A stretch of 64,000 nt of DNA, taken from positions 158,658,001-158,722,000 of the forward strand of contig NC_042998.1 in NCBI RefSeq assembly GCF_006345805.1. Direction: 5' to 3'. Source of the stretch: Octopus sinensis (lineage: Eukaryota). The translations under genes and the position numbers were made by a program. Below the pieces are notes generated by a model. That model did no database searches. It had not been told where the DNA came from and saw only the letters and a program-made list of their open reading frames with translations. Numbering within the stretch: the first letter of the stretch is position 1; each line of letters starts with the position of its first letter. Of this stretch, positions 22,850 through 35,620 are shown piece after piece.

Positions 22850-23099
22850 TTGTGTGTGTGTGTGTGTGTGTGTGCGTAAGTGTGTGTGTGTGTACATATA
22901 TATATTTGTACACATATATTTACAATAATATAAATATAATTATATTATTATTTATTTGAACGCCACGTATCCATTTCCAAGATAGTTTATCGTAATCTTT
23001 TTGATGCGACTCTACTCAATAATATTTTCTCTTCCATCCTTCTCTAATTCCATTTTCTCCCCTTCACGTTTAATGTCTATCTGTCTCCCTCTCCACCTC

Positions 23100-23566
23100 T
23101 TTCTCTTTTTCCTCTCTCTAGTTGCTCACATGTGACTATCGTTCATCTTTCCTTTCCTCATGTTACCATCTTTATTTTCCTGCACGACGTTCTAGGGACT
23201 AGGCGACTTGTATCTCTTTTATGTTTTCACTTTTCAAAGAAAATGTTTCTCCCAGAGTTCACTGTTTTCCCTCGTTTTTCCCCCTCCATGTTTGTTTTCG
23301 CTCGGTTTCGTTGTATGTCTCCACTGTCCAATGTTTGTTCCTAACTTTGATCCTCCATAAATCCAAAATTTTATTTTGGAATTTATGGGAACAACTGTCA
23401 TCCAAGAATCATATTGTCGTTGTATGCTCGAGATGAGTAAACAGACAGCCGACAACTGATGAAAGGTCGTTCTCCTTGTTACTCGTTCTATTTTCCGTCT
23501 TCTCGTTGTTTGCGTTTTGACTCGTTTTTCCTTACTTCATGTGTTTTACACAGTTGGCGACATCAT
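23100..23566 (+). mobile_element. Pseudo-LTR-like tail with decayed hammerhead
   Basis: Hairpin tccataaatccaaaat/attttggaatttatggga flanked by eroded core (ctttga...acaactgtc); tail homologous to 22690-22812; ends in (TA)n. Confidence 0.5.
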
Positions 23567-23568
23567 GT

Positions 23569-23627
<59 letters not shown>

Positions 23628-23843
23628 TTGTTACTTTTCATTTGTCTTGCATTTTCTAGAAAACATTTCTTAGTGCTAAGACCATAGCGGGTGTACTTCT
23701 AGCATTAGGGTATCCCGTTGTGGTAATCCCTCTTATATGTATGTAATACTATTTACTGAACCTCAGTTTTTTAAATATCCTAGACCGCTGGTGTTAAATT
23801 AATGTTATCAAATTAATATCCATTTTTCACCCTCATTTTAATC

Positions 23844-23921
<78 letters not shown>

Positions 23922-24511
23922 ATAATACGGCTAGTTGCAATGTTTAACCGTGAAGGAGAATTATCGTCGTCAACTAAACATGACAAAGGATGTCAAGACA
24001 CATGCATTACTAAAATTTTGAAGTAAAATGTTCCAATTCTGCTATAAAGCGATTGCAACCCCTATCAGAATATTTGTTATGTGATTTTAACACCATTGGA
24101 GCATTTTACCTCTTCTCTCTATCAATGTAGGTGTGTTGACACCCTAGTCACATTTATATATATAAATATAAATATATAATATAATATATATATATATATA
24201 TGTATGTATATATGTATATACATTACATATGTATATCATATATATATACATATACATATATATATATACATACATATATATACATATATATACAAAAAAA
24301 GTTTAACAATTATTAATTTAAATTTAAAAATATTTTAAAATGTATAAAAATTTATAAATATAAATTAATAATTTTAAATTTAAATAATTTAATTTCAAAT
24401 TTTATATTTTTTATATATTTTGTATATTATATTAATTATTTTATTTGTATGTCTTGGTTTATGTTTTTCACTGTTGATTTGTCTAATAGTGGTTTTATCT
24501 CTAATTTAATT

Positions 24512-24544
<33 letters not shown>

Positions 24545-24695
24545 CATGCATACATGTGTGTGTTTATATGTGGATTATGTATGTATGTATATATGGCTGG
24601 GGGATGGATAGATGATTAAAAAGACCAGAAGAATGAAACAGGTGGAGAAAAAGAGTAAGGTATATTAATTTGACACACAGAAAAAAAGAAAGAGT

Positions 24696-24731
24696 CCTTG
24701 ACATTTCGAGCCTACGCTCTTCTACAGAAAA
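24696..24731 (-). ncRNA. Minimal hammerhead-like motif (CUGUAGA core)
   Basis: TTTT CTGTAGA A GAGC GTAG GCTC GAAAT GTC AAGG. Confidence 0.6.
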
Positions 24732-25189
24732 AAATGAGAAAAAAAAACAATGACGAGAGAAACGAAAAAAAAATGAAGAAAAAAAAAGGAAACGTGTCTG
24801 GATTAATAGTTTCACGTGTTGAATTAACTGGAATGAAGTGGTAGGTAGAAATGGAGACAAGGATAACCTGGCTAAAGTGTGTATGTATGTAAGCGTGTGT
24901 GTGTATGTGAGAATAATGTGTGAGTGTATATGTGTGAATAAGCGAGAGCGTTTATATGTGTTTGTGAGTAGGCATTTGTGTGAGCTTGAAGATTATGTGA
25001 GCATGTGTATGTGTACGAATGAGAACGTGCGTAGGTATGCGTGTGATTAAACAAATACGTGCACTGTGGGAATGATGTGTGCGTGTGTGCACCATGTATT
25101 TATGTGTGCGTATCTGTGGACGTGTGTTATGTGTGGGAGTATCTTAAAATCTTTAACATATGTGTGGGAGGCAAGAAAATGTGTGTGAG

Positions 25190-25616
25190 AGTAGATGTGG
25201 GTACAAATGCGTATGTAGCATGAAGCGCGTGACACTGTTTTGTGCATAAGTAGTATGTGTGTTTATGCGTGAATATTGTATATGATTATACATGTGCATG
25301 TATGTGAGCGAGTGCTCGTATCAGTTGGTGTGTGTACATAGAGATGTTGATATGTGTGTTTGTGCATACGTAATATGTTTAAGAGCGCCTCCATCCGTGT
25401 GCGTGAGGCAATCTGACGTATGTGCGCTGTGGGGGATATACTTATGCACAAACACGCATATCAACATCTCTATGTAAACACACACACTGATACGAACACT
25501 CACTCACATACATGCACATGTATAATCATATACAACATTCACAACACACATACTACATATGCACAAAACAGTTTCACGCGCTTCATGCTACATACGCATT
25601 TTTACCCACATCTACT
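25190..25616. repeat. Inverted repeat with ~180-bp arms (25190-25372 / 25439-25616)
   Basis: agtagatgtgggtacaaatgcgtatgtagcatgaagcgcgtg... versus ...cacgcgcttcatgctacatacgcatttttacccacatctact; roughly 90% identical by eye. Confidence 0.85.
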
Positions 25617-26529
25617 TGCATGGAGGTACGAAGTGGAATATTGACAGTGGGAAGCAGGGGTTCAAACGGCCTGGATGCTGATGTGAGTGTGTGTGCGCAC
25701 GCGTATGCATGTGCATATGAGTGTTTGTAGATGTATGTATATTCTGTATGGAGCAGAATGGTGTGTGTGGTGTGATAACTGAGTTAACGGTGTAGAGTTG
25801 TAGGTGGGGTAGAGGAGGAGGAGCAGTAGAAGGTGCGAGGTGTGTGGAATTGTGTGGGAATGGGTTTATACTAAGAGAGGTGACGAAGTGAGATCATGAG
25901 GAACTGGGGGTAGGAAGGGAAGAAAAATGTTTACTCTCGACGGAGTCAAAAATCCCGGTGCCCTCTGTATAAGATCAGTCCGAATTCATGTAAATTTTGT
26001 AGCAAATGACCGGTCCAGTGGATGTGGTGCGAGACTAGAGAGGATCATTGCCGAGTTTGATGTACTCGGAGATGTTCGGCAAACCTATTGGCTAAACGGC
26101 TGCCCGTTTGACCTTTGTACAGGGAAAGACCGAGAGAATATAACACTATATATAATGTGGTAACACTTCAACAAGTAAAAAAAAAACACTCGATCAGCTA
26201 AGAGAACAGAGATATTGTTATAATGAAAACAAGTCTTGTGAAATATAGCTACCCACAGTTTTCTGGTCGAAACATTAATTTATGTTGCCATTTTTCAAGC
26301 TGAGAACAAGACCGTTTGTCAGTTTCTTTTTAAGCAAATGACGTTTGAACAAAGGATGCTCATAAGGAAGAAGAAGGAAATGAAAACATAGGAGAAATTA
26401 GCAACTATACAATAAACAAATGTTAAAAACACGCAAATGACATATTATCGGTTCACAAGGTGTCCAGTGGTCTATTTAGAAATAGACCACAGGACACGTT
26501 TTTTAAATCCTGACACTAAGGAAAAATGT

Positions 26530-26949
26530 CGTTCCTGGAATTTACGTAGACGTTGGAGACTATAAAGTTCTTTAGCAGATATTAATATATTTAAGGATCT
26601 CGTTAGTCTTATGGAAGGGCTTATAGGAATTATTTCTGAGGTCTAAGGAAACACCGTAAAAGTTAGTCCTAGTTGGGTAATTGTCGATAGTGAGTTGAAG
26701 GTAGAAATTAATTGCTTTCTATAGGAATCCATAGCGTGGCCATCACAAATATACAAATATATGATACTGCTAAAGCATCGTTCTGGTACATACCAATGGT
26801 ATGAGTGAAGTAAATCAAATTAAGATAGTTTAATATGCATTACCCAACCAAATCGCTTATTTCTGCGCTATCATATGAAACCATTGGAACATCGAATAGT
26901 TCACTTTTGTTATCTCTTTTGGTCCAGAGATCCGATACTAAAAAACGTG

Positions 26950-26950
<1 letters not shown>
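26530..26950 (-). mobile_element. Degenerate PLE RT fragment (FDVxMGSYDxAE type)
   Basis: LWTKRDNKSELFDVPMVSYDSAEISDLVG, IGMYQNDAL, SYKPFHKTNE. Confidence 0.7.
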
Positions 26951-26988
<38 letters not shown>

Positions 26989-27025
26989 ATATATAGCTTT
27001 ATTTTAAGTAACAGAAATTCAACAA

Positions 27026-27067
27026 AATCGTTACTCTGAGTTTCTCGTTGCCGTTCATCAGACAGTT
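27026..27067 (-). ncRNA. Minimal hammerhead motif (left arm)
   Basis: AACTGT CTGATGA A CG GCAA CG A GAAAC TCAGA GTA ACGATT; GNRA loop II; near-palindromic ACTC-A-GAGT stem III. Confidence 0.6.
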
Positions 27068-27357
27068 TTTTGCTAGAATGGAACTATATATTAATTCAAT
27101 CTATACTCTTACAAACGCATACACCTTTAAAAAGAAATGGACTTGTTTGATGGCCCTTTAGAAAAAACGGTCAATCTTCGAGCGATAAACAAAAAGTCTC
27201 AAAATATATGTATATATATATTTTTTGACCTTTTTGTTTATCGCTCGAAGATTGACCGTTTTTTTCTAAAGGGCCAATCAACAAGTCCATTTCTTTTTAA
27301 AGGTGTCGCGTTTTGTAAGAGTATAGATTGAATTAATATATATGTTCCATTCTAGCA

Positions 27358-27398
27358 AACTGTCTGATGAACGGCAACGAGAAACTCAGAGTAAGATT
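27358..27398 (+). ncRNA. Minimal hammerhead motif (right arm; stem I disrupted by 1-nt loss)
   Basis: AACTGT CTGATGA ACGGCAACGA GAAAC TCAGA GTA AGATT. Confidence 0.5.
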
Positions 27399-27548
27399 TT
27401 GTTGAATTTTCTGCTGCTTAAAATAAAGCATATTACTCTACCACTGGTATTTGAGTACTCTTTTTTCCACTTGTTTTCACATTTATGTGTTTACTCCGGT
27501 CTATATATATATATATAATATACTACACATATACATATAAGATATATA

Positions 27549-28717
27549 CTAGTAATGCACCCCGGCGTTGCCCGGGTGTTATAACCTACAGTCACATTGT
27601 ATTATTTATTCCTTTCTTATGGGCAGACGAGGAATATCAAGCAAACAGCTCTTCGTTATAAACATGTTTTTCGGTCATTTTCTGATAAACAATACAGAAG
27701 TTTTTGACACCAAAAACGTACAATGGCAGCTTAGATTAGCAGGAAATCCTAACATTAACCCTGAAAGGATCTCAAAATAGTGCGACCAAGCCTTGTTTTG
27801 GTGTTGATATTTGTAGTAAATTAGGGTTGCTGTGCAACTTACTTTTCGCTGGTAGCTGAAAGATTGCACAATCTTTTGATAACTCGAACAGAAATATTGA
27901 TAACTCTGTTTCATGGCAACAAATCGAGTAATGTAGAAGATGAAATATTTCTTACCCGTCCCGTAATATTTGTTGATAATTGTAAACAACACACATATAC
28001 ATTAGCTTCCCTAATCAAAAAAACATGTTCAAAAGTATTATGGTTTTCTGATCCTATATCGAAAACATAGGAGTCTGAAGAAGCTTTGGAAAAAAAATCG
28101 CGAGGTGGGGGGGGGACAATGTCACCTCCGACATCCTTTTAAGTTTATATCGAAGAACAGGTTTTTAAATAAGCTCATCACAAATACGAATTACAGAATA
28201 AAGAAAGATCATTACAATTGAAGCTGAGCTGTATTTTTGCGCGTGTACACAGCAAGAAAAAATGTTAAAGAATAAGAAATTGGGGTGGGGAGGGAGAAAA
28301 TTAAAATTTTATATAGAAATCCGAAGAAATTTTTGGGAAAAAAATGAGCGGATATGGGTGGTATGAAAATGTGCCAACAATTGTGCCAAAAAGCATGTTT
28401 TTTTGTTATTTTCCATTGACAAACGGTTTGTGCATTACAATAGTACTCATAACACACTTTGTATATTGCTGCATTTTTTGACACCAAAAACATTACAGGT
28501 GACAAGGTAGATTAGAAGCAAATCGAAATATCACCCGAAAATGATCTCAAAATTGTGCAACTCGACCTTGTTTTCGACACCGAGATGGTGTCAGCCCTTC
28601 TGGTGACGTTGATGATCGCCTGGGGCTAAATGCATCAGTAACACCCCCACCACCCCGCCCTGTCCCTAGCCACATTCAGATGGCTGATCCCCCCTTATGT
28701 TATATATATATATAGGA
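27549..28717 (-). mobile_element. Non-autonomous Helitron-like element
   Basis: Minus-strand 3' end CCCGG-GCAACG-CCGGG, 8 nt, CTAG|T; possible A|TC 5' end at 28717; internal diverged duplication (~27700-27815 vs ~28475-28585). Confidence 0.65.
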
Positions 28718-28857
28718 TAAATGTAAAAAAACAAAAACTGGGACAAGAACGCAAAACATTTAGAAGACGATACAAAAAAACCGACGGGACATTCGAAGCC
28801 TTCGATCTTCAGTCAAAAACGGATCATTTTCGGAATTTCGGCTGATTAATTTTATGT

Positions 28858-28915
<58 letters not shown>

Positions 28916-28977
28916 TATATCTTTTTATGTATGTTTATGTGTACATATGTATATGTGTACATATGTATGTATGTATG

Positions 28978-29030
<53 letters not shown>

Positions 29031-29389
29031 GTATGTATGTATATAGGTGCGCATCCTTGAGTGCAACTATCGACTCAGACAGTTAAGTTTTTTCGTAGTT
29101 CTCTGTTTAACCATCTTTTAATCTATTTATTTACCTAACAATTTATCAAATCAGTTTAATTCCATGTAGCGATATAGATTTCCTGTGACTAGCTAAAAAG
29201 ATGTTCTCTTCAAATTATATATAACGTTAAATGAAGTGAATTATTCTGAGCTATGAATGTTTTTGGCTTCTAATATCAAGGTTTTGGGTTAAAATTTTGT
29301 CAGCGTCGGCTTTGTTTCTCATTCCTCTGAAATTGATTAAACAAGGGACAAAACTGCGTTGTCAAAAGAATAGTCAAGATCTCTCTTTC

Positions 29390-29438
<49 letters not shown>

Positions 29439-29884
29439 CTCTCTCTTTCTCTCTCTCTCCCTTTCTCACTCTCTCTCTGTCTCTCTCCCTGTATATATAT
29501 CTCCCTCCCTCTCTCTCTTTCTCCCCTCTTCCCTCTCTTTCCCTCCCTCTCCCTCTCGCTGTGAAAATTCAGCATGAACTAATATAACATTTTACATTCT
29601 GTTTCTTTAAAAATAAACGTCTTCGAATCACGACCTAACACTTAACCAACAATTTACGTTTCGTCAGGCATCGCGATAAACACGTTGTTTGGACATAAAT
29701 GAAGACTGACTAGTTTTATATCTTGATAAGTTTTCTTTTCCTTTTTTGTCACTGTTACGAATTCGAAATTAGTTTTGAAGACACGTTACGCGACTTTGAT
29801 TGGATAATGCTTTTTGAAAGAAACGTTTCACGGGTAAAGGCGAACGTACAGAAATACTACCGATGACGATCGTGGTGAAATTTT

Positions 29885-29968
<84 letters not shown>

Positions 29969-30555
29969 TTAAATGAAGATATGAAAGGAAGGAGAAAAAA
30001 GACGATAAAAAAACTAAACTTAATAAACTGAAATGAAATTCGGTAATGAAAAGTATTGTTTAAAAAATACTTTAAAATGTAAAAGAAAAAAAGTCACTGT
30101 TGATTATTACCTAATTTCTCGTCGGAAGATGTGGCAAATGAAATTTCATATCAATCAGTGTATCTTTCGATTGTAAGTGATAAAACATAAGCTTGAGACA
30201 GAGAGGCAACTTATTAAACTGATCACGTCTATCAACTATTGTGGTGTGTGTGTATGTGTGTGTGTATGTGTGTATGGATGTGTGTGATGAAAAAAGAAGT
30301 AAAATGAGAGAGGAGAAAGAGAAGAGAGGAGGGTTATTGCAAAGGTTTTTATGAAAGGGAAACTGAAAGAAATTAAGTGGTGGTGAAACGGATGGGTACG
30401 AGAAAATGAGAAAAGTGAAACAAAAGCTCAATCGTGTGTGTGTACCTAAAGCTGGATTCTTTATGACAGCCACATTGAAGAGCAGGAACGAAGATTTAGG
30501 TAAAACAAAAGATTAAATAGTGGGAAATATAAATTTTAAAAAAAATTAATTATAG

Positions 30556-30655
30556 AAGAAGAAGAAGAAGAAGAAGAAGAAGAAGAAGAAGAAGAAGAAG
30601 AAGAAGAAGAAGAAGAAGAAGAAGAAGAAGAAGAAGAAGAAGAAGAAGAAGAAGA
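30556..30655. repeat. (GAA)n microsatellite
   Basis: Direct reading. Confidence 0.95.
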
Positions 30656-30660
30656 ATTCT

Positions 30661-30831
30661 GTTGTAGGCACAAGGTCTGAATTTTGGGTAAGGAATTAAG
30701 TCGATTACATCGACCCCAATACTCAGCTGATACTTTTAATCGATTCCGAAAGTATGAAAGGCAAAGTTGACCTCGGCGGAATTTGAACTCAGAACATAGC
30801 GTCCTAACGATTCTGCCAGCTCGCCGCTTTA

Positions 30832-30864
<33 letters not shown>

Positions 30865-30881
30865 TAATAATAATAATAATT

Positions 30882-30912
<31 letters not shown>

Positions 30913-31057
30913 TAATTTTGTGGGGTGGGGACTAGTCGATTTCATCGATCCGGAAAGGATGAAAGGCAAAGTCGACCTCGGTGGAATTTGAACTCGGAAC
31001 GTAGCGACTGGTGAAATACCGCTATGCATTTCGTCCCGCGCCAGCTTGCCGTCTTAA
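30661..31057 (-). mobile_element. Two tRNA-derived SINE copies (30661-30828, 30918-31057) separated by (AAT)n
   Basis: gaaaggcaaagtcgacctcggcggaatttgaactc body, same family as 8491. Confidence 0.8.
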
Positions 31058-31071
31058 TTTAATAAATAATA

Positions 31072-31124
<53 letters not shown>

Positions 31125-31125
<1 letters not shown>

Positions 31126-31852
31126 CAATGCCTCCCCATCAGAAATTACCAAAAACATGTAATGAAAAGAAATATAACAAGTAACTGCAGAATATGTGGA
31201 GATGGACAAGAAACAATAAATCATATTATCTCTGGCTGCCCAGTCCTGGCTAAGAAGGAATATATTCACAGACACGACAGAGTTGGGACCTACATACACT
31301 GGAAGCTATGGCAACATTATGGAATAACAACAGAAAAAAGATGGTATAGGCACACACCAGAAAAGGTTACAGAAAACGAGAAAGCAACCATACTCTGGGA
31401 TATGCCAATACACACAGATAGAGAAATTAAGGCCAACAGACCAGATATAGTTATCAGAGATCACGAAGAAAAATAATGTTTTCTAATTGATGTATCAATA
31501 CCAGCAGATACAACGTATCTCTAAAAGAAATGGAGAACCTTTCACAATACAAAGACCAGGAAATAGAGGTAACCAGAATGTGGAATCTAAAAACAGACAC
31601 AATTCCTATCATAGTAGGTGCAATAGACATGATAAAAAAATATTCAAACAAATACATAACAAAAACACCAGGACTTAGAAACACATACAACATACAGAAA
31701 ATTGCACTACTAGGCACTGCACACATCCTACGCAGAACACTTTCCATACAGTAACCATTAGAGCATCACAACAAATCACAGCACATACCCAAGGCACACA
31801 GAGCTGCGCTCGCTAGTGAAGTGAAAGCACGTTATAAAAATAAAACCACTGA
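31125..31852 (+). mobile_element. R4/Dong-like LINE 3' fragment
   Basis: CRICGDGQETINHIISGC, YIHRHD, ANRPDIV; (AAT)n upstream; same 3' UTR as 5796-6385. Confidence 0.9.
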
Positions 31853-31977
31853 ATGATAATGCTGCTGCTGCTGCTGCTGCTGATACTGTTGTTTTTCGGT
31901 TTATCTACCAGAAATGCAATGAGTGTATGATAATATGTATATATATATATATATATATATGAATGAATGAATGAATA

Positions 31978-32039
<62 letters not shown>

Positions 32040-32876
32040 AGATCAATAAAAATAGGCGCATAGGGAGAGAAACGGAGAGAGGAAGGAACGGTGAGAGAGG
32101 GAGAAAGTGCTAGGGTGAGAAAAAAGGAAAGATCTAATGGGTAGAACTTGTGATCTGATTGCATGAATCAGAGAGGTACGTGCAGAGAGTAAACCAAGCC
32201 AAACATGTCTGTGAATGCAGAAGAGTGGAGGGTGTAAAATAAGCATCATAAAGGTAGCAAACAGAGAAAGGCGGGAAAATGACAAGGGGAGAGTGAAGGT
32301 CTATAGTTTCAGGGGTTGTGGCGGGTCACGGTCATTTCTGTTTTGATACGTACACGTGCTGTTCACAGTTGCCTTAATCAATTAGATATTAACACAAGCT
32401 TCTTTCTCAGTGGTTTAATTGGCACGTGGATCGTTAGAAGTGGTAGGAAGTTGATATAATGGCTGTAGGGTGTGAGTGCGGAGAATAAAACGAAAGGCTA
32501 GAATGAAGAACGAGTAACAGGGAAAGGAGAGAAGTCAAGTTGTAGTAGTAAGAGTAGTAATCGTTGTGGCCGTCGTGACAGCAGTGGTAATAGTTGCGTC
32601 AGTGGGCAGAGGTGAAGAGATAGTGGCGGGAGGGGGTAGCAGTAAAAAGAAATAAAAAGGTGTTTCAGAAGTGTTCACCGTTACCCAAGTGTCACGATAA
32701 GAGTGCTCCCGCGGCTTAATATCAATAGCAGAAGTCACAGGCAATTACAGGTTTTACTTTCACTTTGGTGTCACTCTTGGGACTAATCAAATCGCCTCGT
32801 AAATACTGTGACGCGTTAATATATGCGTGTTTGTGTCTGTGTGGGAGTATGTTTTGTGTGCTTGCGTGTGTGTTTG

Positions 32877-32958
<82 letters not shown>

Positions 32959-33934
32959 TTGTGTATTTGTGTATTAGAAGTACAGAAGCTGCCGAACATA
33001 CTGGCTGGTTGAATGACTGACTGGTTGACAAACACCCTCAAGCACAAATATAAAAAAAAAGCAGTAAAGATACATACATACATACATTACATACATACAT
33101 ATACTGACGTATAGATTTCACGATAAAATTAAAGTAATATCGGCCTGCAATAGAAACACTAACAGCAATGTTAGAAATACTATCAGCTATAATAGATATC
33201 CGATCTAGTGTAAAAAAAAAAAACAGTACTATGAACATTAATGGAAATACCACATACACTAATAGTTCTGTCAGCTCACTTAAAACTACTATTAACTAAA
33301 TTAGAACTATCATCAACTGCAATAGAAGTACTATAAACTGTAATAGAGGTACTATCAGCCGTAATAATATTATATGAACTGACTGCAATAGAAGCATTAT
33401 CAACTATACGAAATATACTATCACTTGTAGTAGAAGTACTATTAATAACATGTGTGTGACCGTGCGCATGTGTGCATGTATGCATGTGTACATGTGTGTA
33501 GGTGTGGTTATATCTTTTGCTAATCAGTATAAGAATTAAGCATCAGTAAGAAAACCGAGAAACACTTCTGATTACCTAATGGAACTCCTTGACATTATTG
33601 TTCTACAGCGAGATACATACGTCTTCTGCCCACTCGCAACCCTGAAAGTGCAGTGAACCAGAACACGGTTCACAAAACCAGTAACCAATAAGCCCATTAC
33701 CCACTCAGTTGCAATACTAAATATTAAGAAGTTATAACTAAAGTACTGTGTTATCGATTAAACTTTCTAGTAATGATAGTGCTAAAAGTAATATCAACGG
33801 TACATTAATATAAACACCAGCGACAAATCTCTAATAGAGTGTACCATCGGATTATCTCTAACAGTAGTAAGGTCTGTGAAGCGTAGTCAAATTGAAATAC
33901 GAGTTTTATAAGAAGTAATAAAAATTCTGCTGTA

Positions 33935-35030
33935 ATAGAGATGACGAATGGTTCAACAATTGATGAGACAGTGTCTACCATCAAATAGATAAACATAGGG
34001 ACAGCTCCTGGTCTGGATGAAATAACTGTTGATTTAATATGCTCTGGAGTAGACATTGCTACGGCCATTCATCGGCTAGTTCTATTTGTTTGGCATGGCA
34101 AGACTGTCCTGCAAGACAGGGTAGATGCAATTACGCTTTCCATTTATAAAGACAAATGTCCTGAATGACTACCGTGGTATATGCCTGCTCGAATCGGTAA
34201 GAAAAGTTATGTCGAATGAATCGTCTAACAAAATGGATATACCTTGTTATCATCCCTGAGACCCAGTATGGATTAAGAGCTGGGTGGGGTTTTATGGGCA
34301 AGATTTTCTCAGCCAAGACGCTCATGGGTAAGGGTACCACTATCAATTACATGTGGACCTTACCAAGCCCTTCAGTGCTGTTAATCGTAGTGCATTGCAG
34401 GTCATTTTGAGTGAGACTGGATGCGTTTCTAAATCGAGGTACTATCAGCTGTAATGGATGTCCGATCTAGTGTAAAAAATAAATATTATGAACATTAACA
34501 GAAATAATACAGACTCTAATAGAAGTTCTATAAGCTCACTGTAAACTTCATCACAACATGAAGGTAAGAGTGAACTTCAACGGAACACTTTCAAAACTAA
34601 TTTCAGTAGAAAAAAATTGTCAAACATAGTGACAAACAGAGTTAATTGGTATTTATGTGTGATTTAGAACCTCTAGCAAAGTCTTTTCTCAAAGAACTTT
34701 CACCACAAGATCAAAAACATTTGGCAATCTTGTCAGGCGGTTCTTCATACTGGTGATATAGATTTTGTAACCCACCCAGTAGAGGACATGCAGATGCGTT
34801 CAGTGCATTTGGACTTAATATTAGCATAAGGAAAGGAACGGGTCATACACATTCCATCAGTTAGGGAAGCATACGTGGAACCTGATATCATTGTGAGAGA
34901 AAAAAGACTTGAAGTGGTGGAAAGCTTTGTGTATGTCGGAAGTGCGCTTAGTAGAGACGATACACTTGATATCGAAATCTCAGGATTGCAAAAGCTAGTG
35001 TTGCTTTTAAGTCTGGTTATGAGGCCTGCG
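33935..35030 (+). mobile_element. Degenerate RTE-clade LINE RT, interrupted at 34436-34548
   Basis: GTAPGLDEITVDL, PETQYGLRAG, VNRSALQVILSETG, MKVRVNFNG, LEVVESFVYVGS, RIAKASVAF. Confidence 0.75.
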
Positions 35031-35224
35031 CAAAACATCCGGACAGTTAGGTGATACAAAAATGGGACAACAAAACATCCAGAAAGACGATACAAAGAAT
35101 ACAAGGACGGGTTATTCGAATTTTTCTCTCCTCAGTCGAGTACCAGATTATCTCCGCAATTTCGGCTAATTATACTCGATATGTGTGTGTGCGTGCGCGT
35201 GCGCGCCCGCGTGTGTGTGTTATA

Positions 35225-35299
<75 letters not shown>

Positions 35300-35480
35300 C
35301 TTCCTTATTATCAGCACGTTCCTTTCTCGGACTTGTCGAATAAAATTTTGTGAATGTACAAACAGCCTGTTCATTTATATAAAGCAGTTGTTTTAGTGGG
35401 GATTGTGTAGAAGAGAACATTTTTCTTTTTGGATGGGGTTCCATGGCAATGGAAATGGATAGATAGAAATATAGGTAGCC

Positions 35481-35481
35481 T

Positions 35482-35533
<52 letters not shown>

Positions 35534-35549
35534 TTAGATAGATAGATAA

Positions 35550-35620
<71 letters not shown>
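35481..35620. repeat. (GATA)n microsatellite at the 3' flank of the Tx1-like LINE
   Basis: Direct reading. Confidence 0.95.

Larger units (their letters stand above)
24560..26150 (-). mobile_element. Degenerate 5'-truncated Neptune-type PLE (GIY-YIG remnant + 3' UTR + tail)
   Basis: Minus strand YKGQTGSRLANRFAEHLR, VSHHIHWTGHLLQNL..FGL; tail HHR at 24696-24731. Confidence 0.75.
26996..27501. mobile_element. Head-to-head inverted pseudo-LTR pair (arms 26996-27204 / 27221-27429) centred on (TA)n
   Basis: Near-perfect ~208-bp arms; right copy continues to its natural end at 27501; each arm carries an HHR motif. Confidence 0.85.

Noticed and set aside
23411-23480. ATA-TTGTCG...CGACAA-CTGATGA half-hammerhead
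   Set aside because: Lacks GAAA and the stem-III partner.
24270-24480. AT-only quasi-palindrome
   Set aside because: Expected by chance in a two-letter low-complexity tract.
26050-26110. GC-richer patch with ATTGG, suggesting a promoter
   Set aside because: It is the antisense of a Neptune GIY-YIG remnant.
26454-26496. Palindrome gtgtcc-agtggtctattt/aaatagaccac-aggacac
   Set aside because: Real hairpin but isolated; no TSD or family context could be established.
32040-32744. Thr-rich ORF (32535-32744) and possible old GIY-YIG remnant on the minus strand
   Set aside because: No splice support; similarity too weak to call.
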